The notes beneath the pieces were generated by a model. It saw only the letters and a program-made list of their open reading frames with translations. It was not told where the DNA came from and made no database searches. The position numbers were made by a program, and so were the translations under genes. A stretch of 64,000 nucleotides of DNA from Promethearchaeota archaeon (GTDB lineage: Archaea; Asgardarchaeota; Lokiarchaeia; Sigyniarchaeales; SOKP01), in assembly GCA_019058295.1 (NCBI GenBank), contig JAHPZI010000028.1, forward strand, positions 96,001-160,000. Reading direction: 5' to 3'. Positions 29,639-40,221 of this stretch are shown here, one piece after another (position 1 is the first letter of the stretch; every line of letters begins with the position of its first letter).

Positions 29639-29796
29639 AATGACAATATCTCTAAATAATAAAAATTTAGTGTTAATGAATATAAATCTTTTTAACTGTA
29701 TCGTTGTTAGTTAATAAACCGATTTGAATTTATTGTTTTATTTTATAAATTTTCTTAAAAAAAAATAAATTAGTAATTTATTTTAGTATTTGATTT

Positions 29797-30339
29797 TTAT
29801 AAGACTTCAAGTATAGCTTCAATATTGAGCCATCCTTGTTTTGCGTGGATTATTTTACCATCTGAATCAACAACAAACTGTCCTGGTCCTTGTTGTTCCC
29901 AACCTTCGTAGTCACCGTGTTCAATCCCCGCTTTCATGGACTCTTTTAATTTAGATCTCACTTCTTTTATAGCTTCTGTAGTCATCCTTCCCAATCCATA
30001 ATCTTTATAGAGTTCTTTTTTTGAACTGGGGATAACCGGAAAATTGATATTTTTCTTTTCTATGAATTCTTTTGCTGTTTTTTCTCCGGATTGAGTTATA
30101 TATAGCAATTTAGCACCTTTATTTTCAATTTCAGTTAACCTAGCCAATAAATCGTTTAAATCTAGTTGACAAATAGGACAACCAAAATATCTTGAAAAAA
30201 TTAAGACAATTTTTTGTTTTTCTATTTCCTCTGCCAACTCAATAGTTCCTGCATTGTATGAGTCTAATCTGAATAATGGAGCTTTATCTCCAACCTTTAC
30301 TTCATTTACTACCACTTTTCTTCCCTCTTTTAGTGTCAA
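29797..30339 (-). CDS. AhpC/TSA-type redoxin
   Basis: VGDKAPLF.L, RYFGCPIC, PG.FVVDSDGKI. Confidence 0.85.
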   Translation of the reverse strand: MTLKEGRKVVVNEVKVGDKAPLFRLDSYNAGTIELAEEIEKQKIVLIFSRYFGCPICQLDLNDLLARLTEIENKGAKLLYITQSGEKTAKEFIEKKNINFPVIPSSKKELYKDYGLGRMTTEAIKEVRSKLKESMKAGIEHGDYEGWEQQGPGQFVVDSDGKIIHAKQGWLNIEAILEVL

Positions 30340-30517
30340 GATTTTAAAATTCTATTTGGATCTATAAATTATACATTCAATTTTTAAATTCAATTAGATA
30401 TAATTATTGTGTTAAGAAAATAAATATTTATTATAAAACCATTGAAAGTTTTTAAGATTTAATATATTAAATCTTAATAAATAGTTTAAAATATATACAA
30501 TAGAAGTGATTTATAAA

Positions 30518-31309
30518 ATGGTAAAAAAAGAATATATTTGCGACGCTGGTAAAAAAAGTAAAATAGTTATTGAAGATTTATCGTTTCAGATTAATGAAGG
30601 TGCAACTCTAATATTAGGATTTGCAGGTATTGGATTAATAGGGCCTATCGTGGCAAATCAGCTCATAGAACAAATTCCGGATATTAAAGAAATCGGTTTT
30701 CTAGTAAGTGATTTCCTCCCACCAATAAGTGTATTTTATCAAGGAGTTTTGAAGCATCCATTTAGGCTACTCTATACTCCTCAGCATAACATAATTGTTG
30801 GTGTTTGTGAAGTTCCCTTTCAAACTCCTTCTGCTTACAACGACCTTTCAAAAACTATATGTAATTGGGCACTTTCTGACGATGTAAAGGCAAAAGAAAT
30901 AGTTATTTTTCAAGGAATACCCCAAAGGGGAATAATAGACGATTATCCTGTTTATTATGCTGCTGAAGCCGAAATGATAGACGATCTTGAAAAGCATGGT
31001 ATTCAAAAAGTGGAAAAAGGAATTATTGTGGGTCCTGAAGCCACCGTCCTAAATGAAGCTTTGACAAATAGATTAACCTCTTACGCGCTATTCACGCCCG
31101 TATTAGAAATTCCTACACCTGAGGGTGCCGCAGCAATTATTGAGGTTTTAAATGATATTTACAATTTAAATATAGAGACCAGTAAATTAATTGAGGAGGG
31201 TAAAGAGATTAAAGCTAAAATGCTTGAATTGGCACAAAAAGCACAACAATATCAGAAACAACAACAATTACCTGGAACAGGAAAAGAATATACGCAATAT
31301 TTCCAATAA
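30518..31309 (+). CDS. PAC2 family proteasome assembly chaperone
   Basis: GFAGIGLIGPIV, P.PEGAAA.I, LIEE..EI; start placed at the ATG after GAAGTGA. Confidence 0.88.
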   Translation: MVKKEYICDAGKKSKIVIEDLSFQINEGATLILGFAGIGLIGPIVANQLIEQIPDIKEIGFLVSDFLPPISVFYQGVLKHPFRLLYTPQHNIIVGVCEVPFQTPSAYNDLSKTICNWALSDDVKAKEIVIFQGIPQRGIIDDYPVYYAAEAEMIDDLEKHGIQKVEKGIIVGPEATVLNEALTNRLTSYALFTPVLEIPTPEGAAAIIEVLNDIYNLNIETSKLIEEGKEIKAKMLELAQKAQQYQKQQQLPGTGKEYTQYFQ

Positions 31310-31310
31310 T
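31275..31310 (+). repeat. Repeat A (3' end of PAC2 gene); second copy at 31856-31891
   Basis: 33/36 identical: gaacaggaaaagaatatacgcaatatttccaataat vs gaacaggtagagaatatacgcaatattttcaataat. Confidence 0.9.
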
Positions 31311-31383
31311 ATCTTCAAAAAATGAACTTAATTTTTTAAAAAAATGAACTTTATTAGCTCTTTTTTTCTTAATTTGAATAAGC

Positions 31384-31824
31384 ATGAAAGAAAAATTTAT
31401 ACCCATTCAGATTGATCAAAATCAGTGCTTAAGATGCGAAAGATGTCTAAGAGCTTGTAAAGCAAAAGCAATATATTTTGAACATGGAATTAGACTGGTT
31501 GATTATTCTAAGTGTAAGGCATGTCTTAATTGCGTGCAAGTATGTCCAAGAAATGCTATTGAAGTAACTTCAATAGTTGGCCAACAACAAGTACTTACAG
31601 TTAAAATTGAACACGAACGCTGTAATTTATGCGGGAAATGTGTAGACAATGAAGCTAAATTATGTCCAAATAATCTATTTTACATAGGCAAAATACGAGT
31701 TAATGGTAAGGAAATTGATGGAGTTAAATTTAAATTTAAGGAAATTGCTAAATGTCAAGGTTGCTTAAAGTGTGAATTATCCTGCCCTGAGAACGCAATC
31801 AAACCAATAAAATTTGAAGGTTAG
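31384..31824 (+). CDS. Polyferredoxin (four Fe-S motifs)
   Basis: Four CxxCxxC...C(P) motifs. Confidence 0.9.
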   Translation: MKEKFIPIQIDQNQCLRCERCLRACKAKAIYFEHGIRLVDYSKCKACLNCVQVCPRNAIEVTSIVGQQQVLTVKIEHERCNLCGKCVDNEAKLCPNNLFYIGKIRVNGKEIDGVKFKFKEIAKCQGCLKCELSCPENAIKPIKFEG

Positions 31825-31911
31825 ATTTAATAATAAATAAATTATCTTCTTTTTAGAACAGGTAGAGAATATACGCAATATTTTCAATAATCAATCGGGA
31901 AATTAATTTTT

Positions 31912-32364
31912 TCAATAATTTGATTTTTTCCATGATCTGGCGCCTTCTATTATTGCTAATATACCACTCATTAAAATGATATAAAAGCTAATAAAGGGAG
32001 TTAATATTATTTTGTCCATAGTTAATCCATAGAAATTAAATGTAAAATATAGTCTATTGACCATCCAAAAGTAATAAAAATGCATGAGAAAAAGTGTTAT
32101 AAGACCAGATATCACGAGTATCTTTCCCTCCTTTGTTAAACATAAAACACCATTAACTAATATTAATAAAGTAAACACCAATCCAATAATATCAAATATG
32201 AATAAAACAAAGGTTCCGAATCCAGTCACTAATAATAAACCACCAATCCAATAGAAAATTAGTATAGGTGTTCCATAATATCCTGCAATCAACATTATAG
32301 GGATAAATACTGAAATAAGTTCCGTTATCCCTGCTATTTTCCCCAATATTCCCATCTTTTTCAC
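31912..32364 (-). CDS. Small multi-pass membrane protein
   Basis: 4-5 hydrophobic segments. Confidence 0.65.
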   Translation of the reverse strand: MKKMGILGKIAGITELISVFIPIMLIAGYYGTPILIFYWIGGLLLVTGFGTFVLFIFDIIGLVFTLLILVNGVLCLTKEGKILVISGLITLFLMHFYYFWMVNRLYFTFNFYGLTMDKIILTPFISFYIILMSGILAIIEGARSWKKSNY

Positions 32365-32392
32365 TTTTATCGTTATAAATTCATTATTAGAT

Positions 32393-33376
32393 TCAAAATT
32401 CTAATTTGGATTTTGCCTTTAAATTATTTAAATATAATTTTATAAGAAAATAAACTACAATACCTATCAGTAAGAAACTCACTAAGCTTATTAAGCTTAA
32501 TACAATCATAATTCCAAAATTCGAAGGTAAATTAATAGTTTGAAGCGAAAATTCACATATAAGTTCTTTTTTCTTATTAAAGACTTGAAAATTCACCATA
32601 AATCCTTGCTCATTATAATCTGCTTCAAATCTGAAATCTTCATTTGGAAGTGTATAGTGTCCAAAATCGAAATGTTCCTCTTCAATTTCCGCTTTTAAGG
32701 TAAATTTATGGACTTTATAATCATCTCCAAAGACCATATTCTCCAAATAATCATCAGTCGGAGTTGGAAGCCAGAGAGGTATCCCAAAATCATAATAATG
32801 GAATAAATAATAATAATCTAACAAATCGTCAGTATCGGTATAATACATACCATCTGAAATTTCAATATATTCATCAAAGAATGTGCTGTGCTTATCATTA
32901 GTAATCGAAGGTGGTGTATAATCGTAAGGCATTAATAGTTCAATATCTTCACCCAAATATGTAGGATCCGTATATACGTAAGTAAATGCATCTTCTTCAT
33001 CTGCTCTACCCCATTCAGCATCCATTGTCCATTTCCATAATTTAAATTTTAGTTTAAATACATCTCTATAAAGATATTCGCTTTCTTCTTCTAAATCTTT
33101 GATATACCATCTCATTTTTGCCCCCTGTTCAATATTCTTCCAAAATCCATAGTCATTCCAATCAGGTGTATCCCTTTCAAAATCATCTTCAGGATCAAAA
33201 ATATCACTCATCTCACTTTCATCACATACACTACAAACCCAAATAACCTCACTATCTTCAATAGTATGAGTACTAGTGTAATTATACCCATGAACTATAA
33301 TTATATTTATATAAAATGTACAAATACAAATGCAAACAAAAAAGAATATCGCCAGAATATCTCTTGATCTCATCAA
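32393..33376 (-). CDS. Acidic extracellular protein with signal peptide and C-terminal TM anchor
   Basis: Hydrophobic N-terminus, D/E/Y-rich body, C-terminal TM plus basic tail. Confidence 0.7.
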   Translation of the reverse strand: MMRSRDILAIFFFVCICICTFYINIIIVHGYNYTSTHTIEDSEVIWVCSVCDESEMSDIFDPEDDFERDTPDWNDYGFWKNIEQGAKMRWYIKDLEEESEYLYRDVFKLKFKLWKWTMDAEWGRADEEDAFTYVYTDPTYLGEDIELLMPYDYTPPSITNDKHSTFFDEYIEISDGMYYTDTDDLLDYYYLFHYYDFGIPLWLPTPTDDYLENMVFGDDYKVHKFTLKAEIEEEHFDFGHYTLPNEDFRFEADYNEQGFMVNFQVFNKKKELICEFSLQTINLPSNFGIMIVLSLISLVSFLLIGIVVYFLIKLYLNNLKAKSKLEF

Positions 33377-33384
33377 ATTTCATC

Positions 33385-34509
33385 TCATTTTTTTTTTCCT
33401 AACACCTTCCATTTTTTAAGGATAATTATTGTAATTAATCCGGAAGTAATGATTAGAACGCCGTATAGAATTGATGGATCATAACTACTAATTGTTTTAC
33501 TTTTGTCTTTAAACTGCTCATTTTTTACACTATTTATTATAAGATTATTAATATATGTATTATTTTCACAAGGGGGACCCCCCCCATAATACCATATAGT
33601 ACCAAATCCCTCCTCATTATCAATTAATATATTGTCTTTAAATAGACTATTATGGGTCTCATATATACTAATTCCAGTATCAGTCTCAACTATAAAATTT
33701 GCTTCAATCGTTAAATTATTATTATTATCATAAAGTTCAATTCCACACCAAGCTTCACCAAATATTTGATTAAATGAAATTTCGGTATGTTGGACATATC
33801 CACATCCAATTCCTATAACACAACTAGATATTGTATTATCTGTTAAAAAAGAATTAATCGAATCATATATATCGATTCCAGTGGATGGGCCATTTATTAC
33901 ATTCCCATTAATATCAAGATTATCAGAATTATATCCTCTTATTCCTTTTAAACCCGAAGAAAAGTAAAAATATCCGTCAAGGATGAATTCAATAATATTA
34001 TCAGAAATATTATTGTTATCACTGTTCTGCAAATAAATCCCCACCGAGTCCCACGTCAAATAACTCGACTTAATATAACAATTTCTAATCTCACCATTTG
34101 AAACACTATCAAATCTTATCCCTGTTTGCTTTTGTAGAATTGTACAATTTTTAATTCTAAATGATTCAATAGAATTAGCTATACGTATACCAATTCCAAA
34201 ACTTCCTATCAATGTTATATTTTCAAGTATATAAACTCCATCAACTTTAACACACCAATCTTGTGCCTCTGCCCATGACCAATTACCATCTCCAGCTCCA
34301 CCCGAATCGTCAATGTATATAGAAGTTAATGTCCAAGACCCAGATGATTTTGGAGATATTAAATTATTATCCTCATCGTTTTTGTTAAGTAAATCATTCT
34401 GAACTATATCATTATCTTCTGATATAATTATATTGTTCAAAGAACTTATAATTAGTATGATAGAACTTAAGATTATTGCAAGCTTAATAAACTGCTTCTT
34501 AATTCTCAA
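33385..34509 (-). CDS. Surface protein with NosD/CASH parallel beta-helix repeats and C-terminal anchor
   Basis: GI.L..S.NN.I..N repeats; IYIDD...NW..A....W motif; ISSY plus TM plus KKK tail. Confidence 0.85.
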   Translation of the reverse strand: MRIKKQFIKLAIILSSIILIISSLNNIIISEDNDIVQNDLLNKNDEDNNLISPKSSGSWTLTSIYIDDSGGAGDGNWSWAEAQDWCVKVDGVYILENITLIGSFGIGIRIANSIESFRIKNCTILQKQTGIRFDSVSNGEIRNCYIKSSYLTWDSVGIYLQNSDNNNISDNIIEFILDGYFYFSSGLKGIRGYNSDNLDINGNVINGPSTGIDIYDSINSFLTDNTISSCVIGIGCGYVQHTEISFNQIFGEAWCGIELYDNNNNLTIEANFIVETDTGISIYETHNSLFKDNILIDNEEGFGTIWYYGGGPPCENNTYINNLIINSVKNEQFKDKSKTISSYDPSILYGVLIITSGLITIIILKKWKVLGKKK

Positions 34510-34623
34510 TGATTTTTACCTTTCTAATAAAATAATAATAATTTAAATTTCATAATATTTATATATTTACAAATTTGAAAAATAAATATATAAACTGATT
34601 AGAGTCTTAATTCAAAAAAACAA

Positions 34624-34839
34624 GTGATTATTATAACTAAAATTTCAACGTATATAGGAATTGTTTTGATTTTAATTGGAACTATGATAGCATTTTTGGG
34701 TATTACTCTTATATTTTTTAATTTATATCTTATAATAATTCCTGGTTTTCCCACGATTGTAACAGCTTATGCTGAACTGTCTATCGGATTCGCTATTATC
34801 GCTTTAGGTATAATTTTAATGATATTTATAAAGAAATAA
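34624..34839 (+). CDS. Small two-TM protein
   Basis: 71 aa hydrophobic hairpin. Confidence 0.55.
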   Translation: MIIITKISTYIGIVLILIGTMIAFLGITLIFFNLYLIIIPGFPTIVTAYAELSIGFAIIALGIILMIFIKK

Positions 34840-34896
34840 ATGTCAAGGTTGCTTAAAGTGTGAAAGCAATCAAACCAATAAAATTCGATGGTTAGA
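34837..34896 (+). repeat. Repeat B': degenerate copy of polyferredoxin 3' end (31749-31825)
   Basis: 28-nt exact match taaatgtcaaggttgcttaaagtgtgaa, then an internal deletion, then gcaatcaaaccaataaaatt.ga.ggttaga. Confidence 0.9.
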
Positions 34897-34930
34897 CATA
34901 GTTTTAAAATTATCTTTCTTCTCTTTAGCT

Positions 34931-35356
34931 CTAAACTACTGTTAATCCTATAATTAATAAAGAGATTATTATAAATATTATAAAACCAACAATCAGTCCA
35001 ATTATCAATAAATAAACCAAAATTTTAATGACAAACAATAGAGATACAATGTATTCTTGCTTGTAAAGTTTTGAAGCTAAAAATGAGCCTATAAATATAT
35101 GTATCAAGAAGGAAATTATGAAAGCAAGAAATATACCGTAAGCTATGAAATTGAAAATTGTATAGAATATTATATTTATACCTAACCAAAGGATATTTAG
35201 TATAATAGCTGGTTTGTAGGACTCATCCAGATTTTTCCTTGCGGCAATCCATTTTGTAATAAAAATTCCTATTATAAAGATTATTATTGAAGCGATTATT
35301 ATTATAATGGAGTCAAAAATAATATTCCCTGTAATAAATGCACCTTGCTCAATCAT
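34931..35356 (-). CDS. Four-TM membrane protein
   Basis: Hydrophobic ORF, overlaps the flavoprotein stop by 4 nt. Confidence 0.6.
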   Translation of the reverse strand: MIEQGAFITGNIIFDSIIIIIASIIIFIIGIFITKWIAARKNLDESYKPAIILNILWLGINIIFYTIFNFIAYGIFLAFIISFLIHIFIGSFLASKLYKQEYIVSLLFVIKILVYLLIIGLIVGFIIFIIISLLIIGLTVV

Positions 35357-35904
35357 TTTTCCAATTTTTGTAAAATAATACGTTTTATTTCTGAAAAATC
35401 TGAAATTACAATAATCCCTTCCATTTTTTTTAATTTATTGACGTTTTCAATTTCAATATCCCTGATCTTCAGAATTAAAGGGCTCCCATCTGGTCTGGAG
35501 GTTACGATTGGTTCCAAATGTTGATCTGATGGAAATAAATAGACTATTACACCACCCTTTATTGCTTGGGCAACACAATTCGTAATTAAGGTATCAGCAA
35601 TTCCATAGACAATTTTAGCTACGGAGTTAGCAGACACAGGGCAAACCAAGAAAAGTTCATACTTTCCTAGCTGTAGTGGTCCGGCAAGAAATGGATTATT
35701 CGGTGTCTTTTCAACTTTTACTTTCTTTACAACTTCATTCAAATACTCCCATTGTTTATACCACTTAACTACCACAGCTCCTTCTTTTGAGAGCATAACA
35801 GTTATATCAATTTGCTCCCTGAATTCATTCTGTAGAGCTTTCATTAAATCTATAGATTCTTTTATAAGATAACCAGTTCCACATATCCCCCAAATGAGTT
35901 TCAT
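35353..35904 (-). CDS. Archaeal flavoprotein (AfpA-like, HFCD superfamily)
   Basis: WGICGTG, PVSANSVAKIVYGIADTLITN.VAQA.KG, PSD. Confidence 0.85.
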   Translation of the reverse strand: MKLIWGICGTGYLIKESIDLMKALQNEFREQIDITVMLSKEGAVVVKWYKQWEYLNEVVKKVKVEKTPNNPFLAGPLQLGKYELFLVCPVSANSVAKIVYGIADTLITNCVAQAIKGGVIVYLFPSDQHLEPIVTSRPDGSPLILKIRDIEIENVNKLKKMEGIIVISDFSEIKRIILQKLEK

Positions 35905-36049
35905 ATTGATCTTTCTCGATTATTTTTTGATTTGTTAAATATAATTATTATCTTTTTAAAAAAAACTATACTTATAATATCTTAGAAGAATTCATAATTA
36001 TTTTAACATTTAAAATCCTATTCAAAGTTAACTTTAAGAATTGATTGAA

Positions 36050-37285
36050 ATGACCGATTCAGCATATGTATATTTAGATTATAATGCGACAACTCCAATG
36101 GATCCAAGAGTTATTGAAGTAATTCAAAAACATTTTAAAGAAACTTATGGAAATGCCTCAAGTTTACATGCGGCTGGTCAAAGTGCCCGCCAAGTAATGG
36201 AGCAATCCAGAGAAACAATTGCTTCTTTAATTAATGCCGATAAGGACGATATATTTTTCACATCTTCAGGAACAGAAGCAGATAATCTCGCAATTAAAGG
36301 TGTTGCCTTCAAATGCAAAGATCGTGGTAATCATATTATCACCTCATCTATAGAGCATCATGCCGTTGAAAATACCTGTAAGGAGCTCGAGAAGGGTGGA
36401 TATAAGGTAACTTTTTTGCCTGTTGATAAATATGGCTTAATTGATCTAAACGAATTGGAAAATTCTATAACTGAAAAAACAATTTTAATAACTATTATGT
36501 TCGCCAATAATGAAATTGGCACTATAGAACCAATTAAAGAGATTGGCACAATCGCAAAAAAACATGATATAATTTTTCACACAGATGCCGTTCAAGCTGT
36601 AGGAAAAATTCCTATAGACGTAAATAAAATGAATATAGACATGTTATCTTCGAGTGCTCATAAACTTTATGGTCCTAAGGGTATTGGTATGCTCTATATC
36701 CGAAATAAAGGTAAAAGGGAAGGTTGGGGAAAATATATTGAACCACTTTTGCATGGAGGCGGACATGAAAGAAAAATGAGACCGAGTACTGAAGCAGTTC
36801 CCTTAATTGCTGGTTATGCAAAAGCGATTGAACTTTGCAAAGAAGATATGACAAAAGAAATGGAGCGACAAACAAAACTACGGGATAAAATTATTAAGAC
36901 CGTGACTGAAAATATAGAAGATTCTTATTTGAATGGACACCCAACTCAACGTCTTCCTAATAATGTAAATTTAGGATTTAAGTTTATTGAAGGGGAATCG
37001 ATTTTGCTTAGTTTAGATATGGAAGGTATAGCAGCTAGCACGGGATCGGCATGTTCTTCAAAGTCATTGGAGGCTTCTCATGTATTATTGGCAATTGGTC
37101 TAAAACCAGAAGAAGCGCATGGTTCATTAAGGATTTCATTTGGAAGATTTACAACTGAAGAGAATATTGATTATTTTCTTGAAAAATTACCCCCAATCAT
37201 TGAACGATTGAGGAAGATGTCTCCACTTAAAAAAGGAGTTAAATACATGTTTGATGAAAGCTCAGAATCAGGGCATCATCATTGA
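36050..37285 (+). CDS. iscS: Cysteine desulfurase IscS/NifS
   Basis: YLDYNATTP, HTDAVQ, SSAHKLYGPKG (PLP Lys), STGSACSS. Confidence 0.96.
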   Translation: MTDSAYVYLDYNATTPMDPRVIEVIQKHFKETYGNASSLHAAGQSARQVMEQSRETIASLINADKDDIFFTSSGTEADNLAIKGVAFKCKDRGNHIITSSIEHHAVENTCKELEKGGYKVTFLPVDKYGLIDLNELENSITEKTILITIMFANNEIGTIEPIKEIGTIAKKHDIIFHTDAVQAVGKIPIDVNKMNIDMLSSSAHKLYGPKGIGMLYIRNKGKREGWGKYIEPLLHGGGHERKMRPSTEAVPLIAGYAKAIELCKEDMTKEMERQTKLRDKIIKTVTENIEDSYLNGHPTQRLPNNVNLGFKFIEGESILLSLDMEGIAASTGSACSSKSLEASHVLLAIGLKPEEAHGSLRISFGRFTTEENIDYFLEKLPPIIERLRKMSPLKKGVKYMFDESSESGHHH

Positions 37286-37377
37286 TTGAATTACGAAAAA
37301 AGAAGTATAAAATATTTTTTTAATTCAATCTATCTTTATTATTCTTACTATAAACATTAAATTAGATAGTGGTGTAA

Positions 37378-38232
37378 ATGAAGGATTATAATAGTATTAA
37401 GGTAAAAGAAAGAGAAGATGGTATTTCAATCCTTACTTTCAATAGACCAGAGAGTTTGAATGCGATAAATTTTGAGTTAACACATGAAATGATAGATTAT
37501 CTAAATAGTCTCGAAAATAATCTTGCTATTCGTGTTTTAATTCTTACTGGAGAAGGACGCGGATTTTCATCTGGATTGGACTTGAAAGAAAGTCAAATTG
37601 CACTTAAACCAGCTAAAAAAATTCCTGAAGAATATTCCAGATATGAATATCTGTTTGCAAAAGATAAAATTAAAAGAAATATCGTTGCTCAGAAGATACT
37701 ATCTGAAGTCATGATTCTTCTTAGAAAAATACCTCAACCCGTAATCGCTGCTGTGAATGGTGTGGCATATGGAGGTGGTCTGGGTTTTGCACTTGCATCA
37801 GATATTAGAATAGCAGGAGAGAGCGCTAAATTTTGCAATGCATTTATTAATATTGGAGTGTCTGGAGCAGATATGGGAAGTTCATATTGGCTTCCTCGTC
37901 TTATTGGATTTTCAAGGGCTGCAGAATTTATGTATACAGGGAGAGCTATGGATGCCCAAGAAGCAGATAAAATTGGGCTGGTTTCACGAGTTGTAGCAGA
38001 TAATAAATTGCTCGAAGAGGCCATTGCTGTAGCCCAACAAATCATAGGTAAAAGTCCAATGGGAGTTCGATTCACTAAAGATGCGTTAAATGCGAATGTT
38101 GATGCACAATCACTTGAATCTGCGATTAAATTAGAAAATAGATCTCAGGTTATATGTCTAAACACAAAAGATCTCCTCGAAGGAGTATTTTCTGTTTTAG
38201 AGAAACGCAAACCTAATTACGATGAATGGTAA
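37378..38232 (+). CDS. Enoyl-CoA hydratase/isomerase family
   Basis: NRPE.LNA, FSSGLDL, AAVNGVAYGGG, D.RIA. Confidence 0.92.
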   Translation: MKDYNSIKVKEREDGISILTFNRPESLNAINFELTHEMIDYLNSLENNLAIRVLILTGEGRGFSSGLDLKESQIALKPAKKIPEEYSRYEYLFAKDKIKRNIVAQKILSEVMILLRKIPQPVIAAVNGVAYGGGLGFALASDIRIAGESAKFCNAFINIGVSGADMGSSYWLPRLIGFSRAAEFMYTGRAMDAQEADKIGLVSRVVADNKLLEEAIAVAQQIIGKSPMGVRFTKDALNANVDAQSLESAIKLENRSQVICLNTKDLLEGVFSVLEKRKPNYDEW

Positions 38233-38347
38233 TTGGTAAATTAAATATGCAGATTATATCTTATAACATGATACTTTAAAAATTTATAAATCTTTTTTAC
38301 CTTTATTTAATAAGAAATTCGAAATTTACTTAGTTTGTTACGATCCA

Positions 38348-39289
38348 ATGCTCAATGAAGACGAGATTTTTAGGGAGAATTACAGAAAAATAAGATTAAT
38401 ATGCCCAAGATGTGGAAAAGAGAAGTTCTTGAAAATTCCCATGGAACTGACTAACCATAGTGAAAATATAACAACAATTTCAATTCCCTCTGATTTTGTA
38501 TGCGAACACAGCTTTCAGGCGTTTATAGATAAAAATTTTGCCGTAAGAGCATATCATAATGCCGATTTTGAAATTACTAAAATCGAATTCTATGAAACTG
38601 AATCTATAGATAAGGAAGGGATTGTATCCTATACATTATCCCAATTAATAAAAAATATTGTTGAGATTTTAAGAGAATCATTAATAGATAAAGAAATTTT
38701 AGGGAGTGCAATATTTAATTTAGAAGGAAAAGTAATGTATTCTTCATTACCTGATGAAATCTTTGTAATTATGGCAAGCCAACTAGAGCAAATGGAGAAA
38801 AAGCAACCAATTAATATAAAACAAACAATATTGTTGTTAGAAAATAACCAAAAAATATATTCAACAATAGTTCAACTTAAAGAGATCACTTTAAATCTTG
38901 TTTTGCTTATGTCTTCTGAGCTTAATTTAACTGAAGCGAATAGTTATTTAGAAAATTTAATCGTCAAAATTATCGATTTAGATCGTCCTAAAAAAAAAAT
39001 AGCTAAAATAGTTAAAAAAGATAAAAAATTAGAACAACCACCAAACCAATTTTGGATCTATTCTAAGGTGAACTATTCCTCTTCAAAAAATGGTGATAGG
39101 GTCTATATTGATTCTTTAGGCATTAGAGTCTTGAAATCAGTTATCGTTAACCTTGATGATATTAAAGATAATCCAGAATTTGAGGGAAAAATTTATTTTA
39201 CGCAAAAATACGTCAATTTAATGCAAGGATTAGCATTAACCCTTAAAGATGCGGCAAGTTTTTTGAATAAATTAAATAAAATGCCTTAA
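38348..39289 (+). CDS. Zn-binding domain plus roadblock/longin-like domain protein
   Basis: CPRC...CEHSFQAFIDKNFAVR.Y; ILGSAIFNLEGKVMYSSLP. Confidence 0.65.
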   Translation: MLNEDEIFRENYRKIRLICPRCGKEKFLKIPMELTNHSENITTISIPSDFVCEHSFQAFIDKNFAVRAYHNADFEITKIEFYETESIDKEGIVSYTLSQLIKNIVEILRESLIDKEILGSAIFNLEGKVMYSSLPDEIFVIMASQLEQMEKKQPINIKQTILLLENNQKIYSTIVQLKEITLNLVLLMSSELNLTEANSYLENLIVKIIDLDRPKKKIAKIVKKDKKLEQPPNQFWIYSKVNYSSSKNGDRVYIDSLGIRVLKSVIVNLDDIKDNPEFEGKIYFTQKYVNLMQGLALTLKDAASFLNKLNKMP

Positions 39290-39314
39290 TCACATAAATC
39301 GAGTTAATTTTTCT

Positions 39315-39950
39315 TTAGAAATTTTCTTTAGGATCCTCTTTTTGCTGGATTGCTAAGTTTCGGATATCCTTTAGTTCTTCTCTTTTTTTAGTTAATGAAA
39401 TTACCTCATCAAAATATTTATTTGCTTTATCGATATTTCCAATTCTACGATTTATTTCACCCAATAAATATAATAAGGGATAGAAATGGTCGCTTGGTAT
39501 TTGTCCTTTATCGAATGCGATTTCGTAATATTTTATAACTATTTCACCAAACCGCTTCTCTTCTTCAATACTCATTGACCACCAAAAAGGATTTAACCAA
39601 CTTTCTGCTAATTCATATTCATTTGATTCTACAATGCCAAACTTATTTAAGATTTCTAATGTCTGACATGCTCTTTCTAGTTTTTGCGGTAATGTATGTT
39701 CTTCTAACGGGCCTAATCCAAAAATTTCTTTCTTAACGTCCTCATTCTCAATTTTTATTTCAAATATTTGTCTTGGACCACAAAATCCACAAGGACATAA
39801 ATGAAAGAAATACTCAACTGGATTGAACCCCCAATAATTCGGTCGAAAGTCGGTACGTTTGTTAGCGAACCCACAACTAGCGATTTCATTACTTTTAAAT
39901 GATTTCCCGCACACTGAACAATTTAAAATAATTGGAGCAAAAGTTGTCAT
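39315..39950 (-). CDS. DUF2225-like Zn-ribbon plus TPR protein
   Basis: CSVC, DFRP.Y...NP..Y...CPCG, YLLGEINRRIG...A..YF. Confidence 0.8.
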   Translation of the reverse strand: MTTFAPIILNCSVCGKSFKSNEIASCGFANKRTDFRPNYWGFNPVEYFFHLCPCGFCGPRQIFEIKIENEDVKKEIFGLGPLEEHTLPQKLERACQTLEILNKFGIVESNEYELAESWLNPFWWSMSIEEEKRFGEIVIKYYEIAFDKGQIPSDHFYPLLYLLGEINRRIGNIDKANKYFDEVISLTKKREELKDIRNLAIQQKEDPKENF

Positions 39951-40221
39951 AAGTACAACAAGAAATTGTTGAATATTTAAATATTTGGGGGAAAAAGATG
40001 GGAAATCTTAATAAGATTACAATCTATTTCTTTTTTTTTCAAAAAACTAATTTTTTCAATTTTAAAATTCTAGGTAAATTAGATATTGATGATGAGATTT
40101 TTTGTAAGAACACTAACCTTGAATTCTAAATTTTTTTCATATAAAAGCAAAATTTTATAAATGCAAAAATGGCAATTTTTATTATCGAATTTAAATCAAG
40201 AAAAAATTTTGAGTAGAAAAA

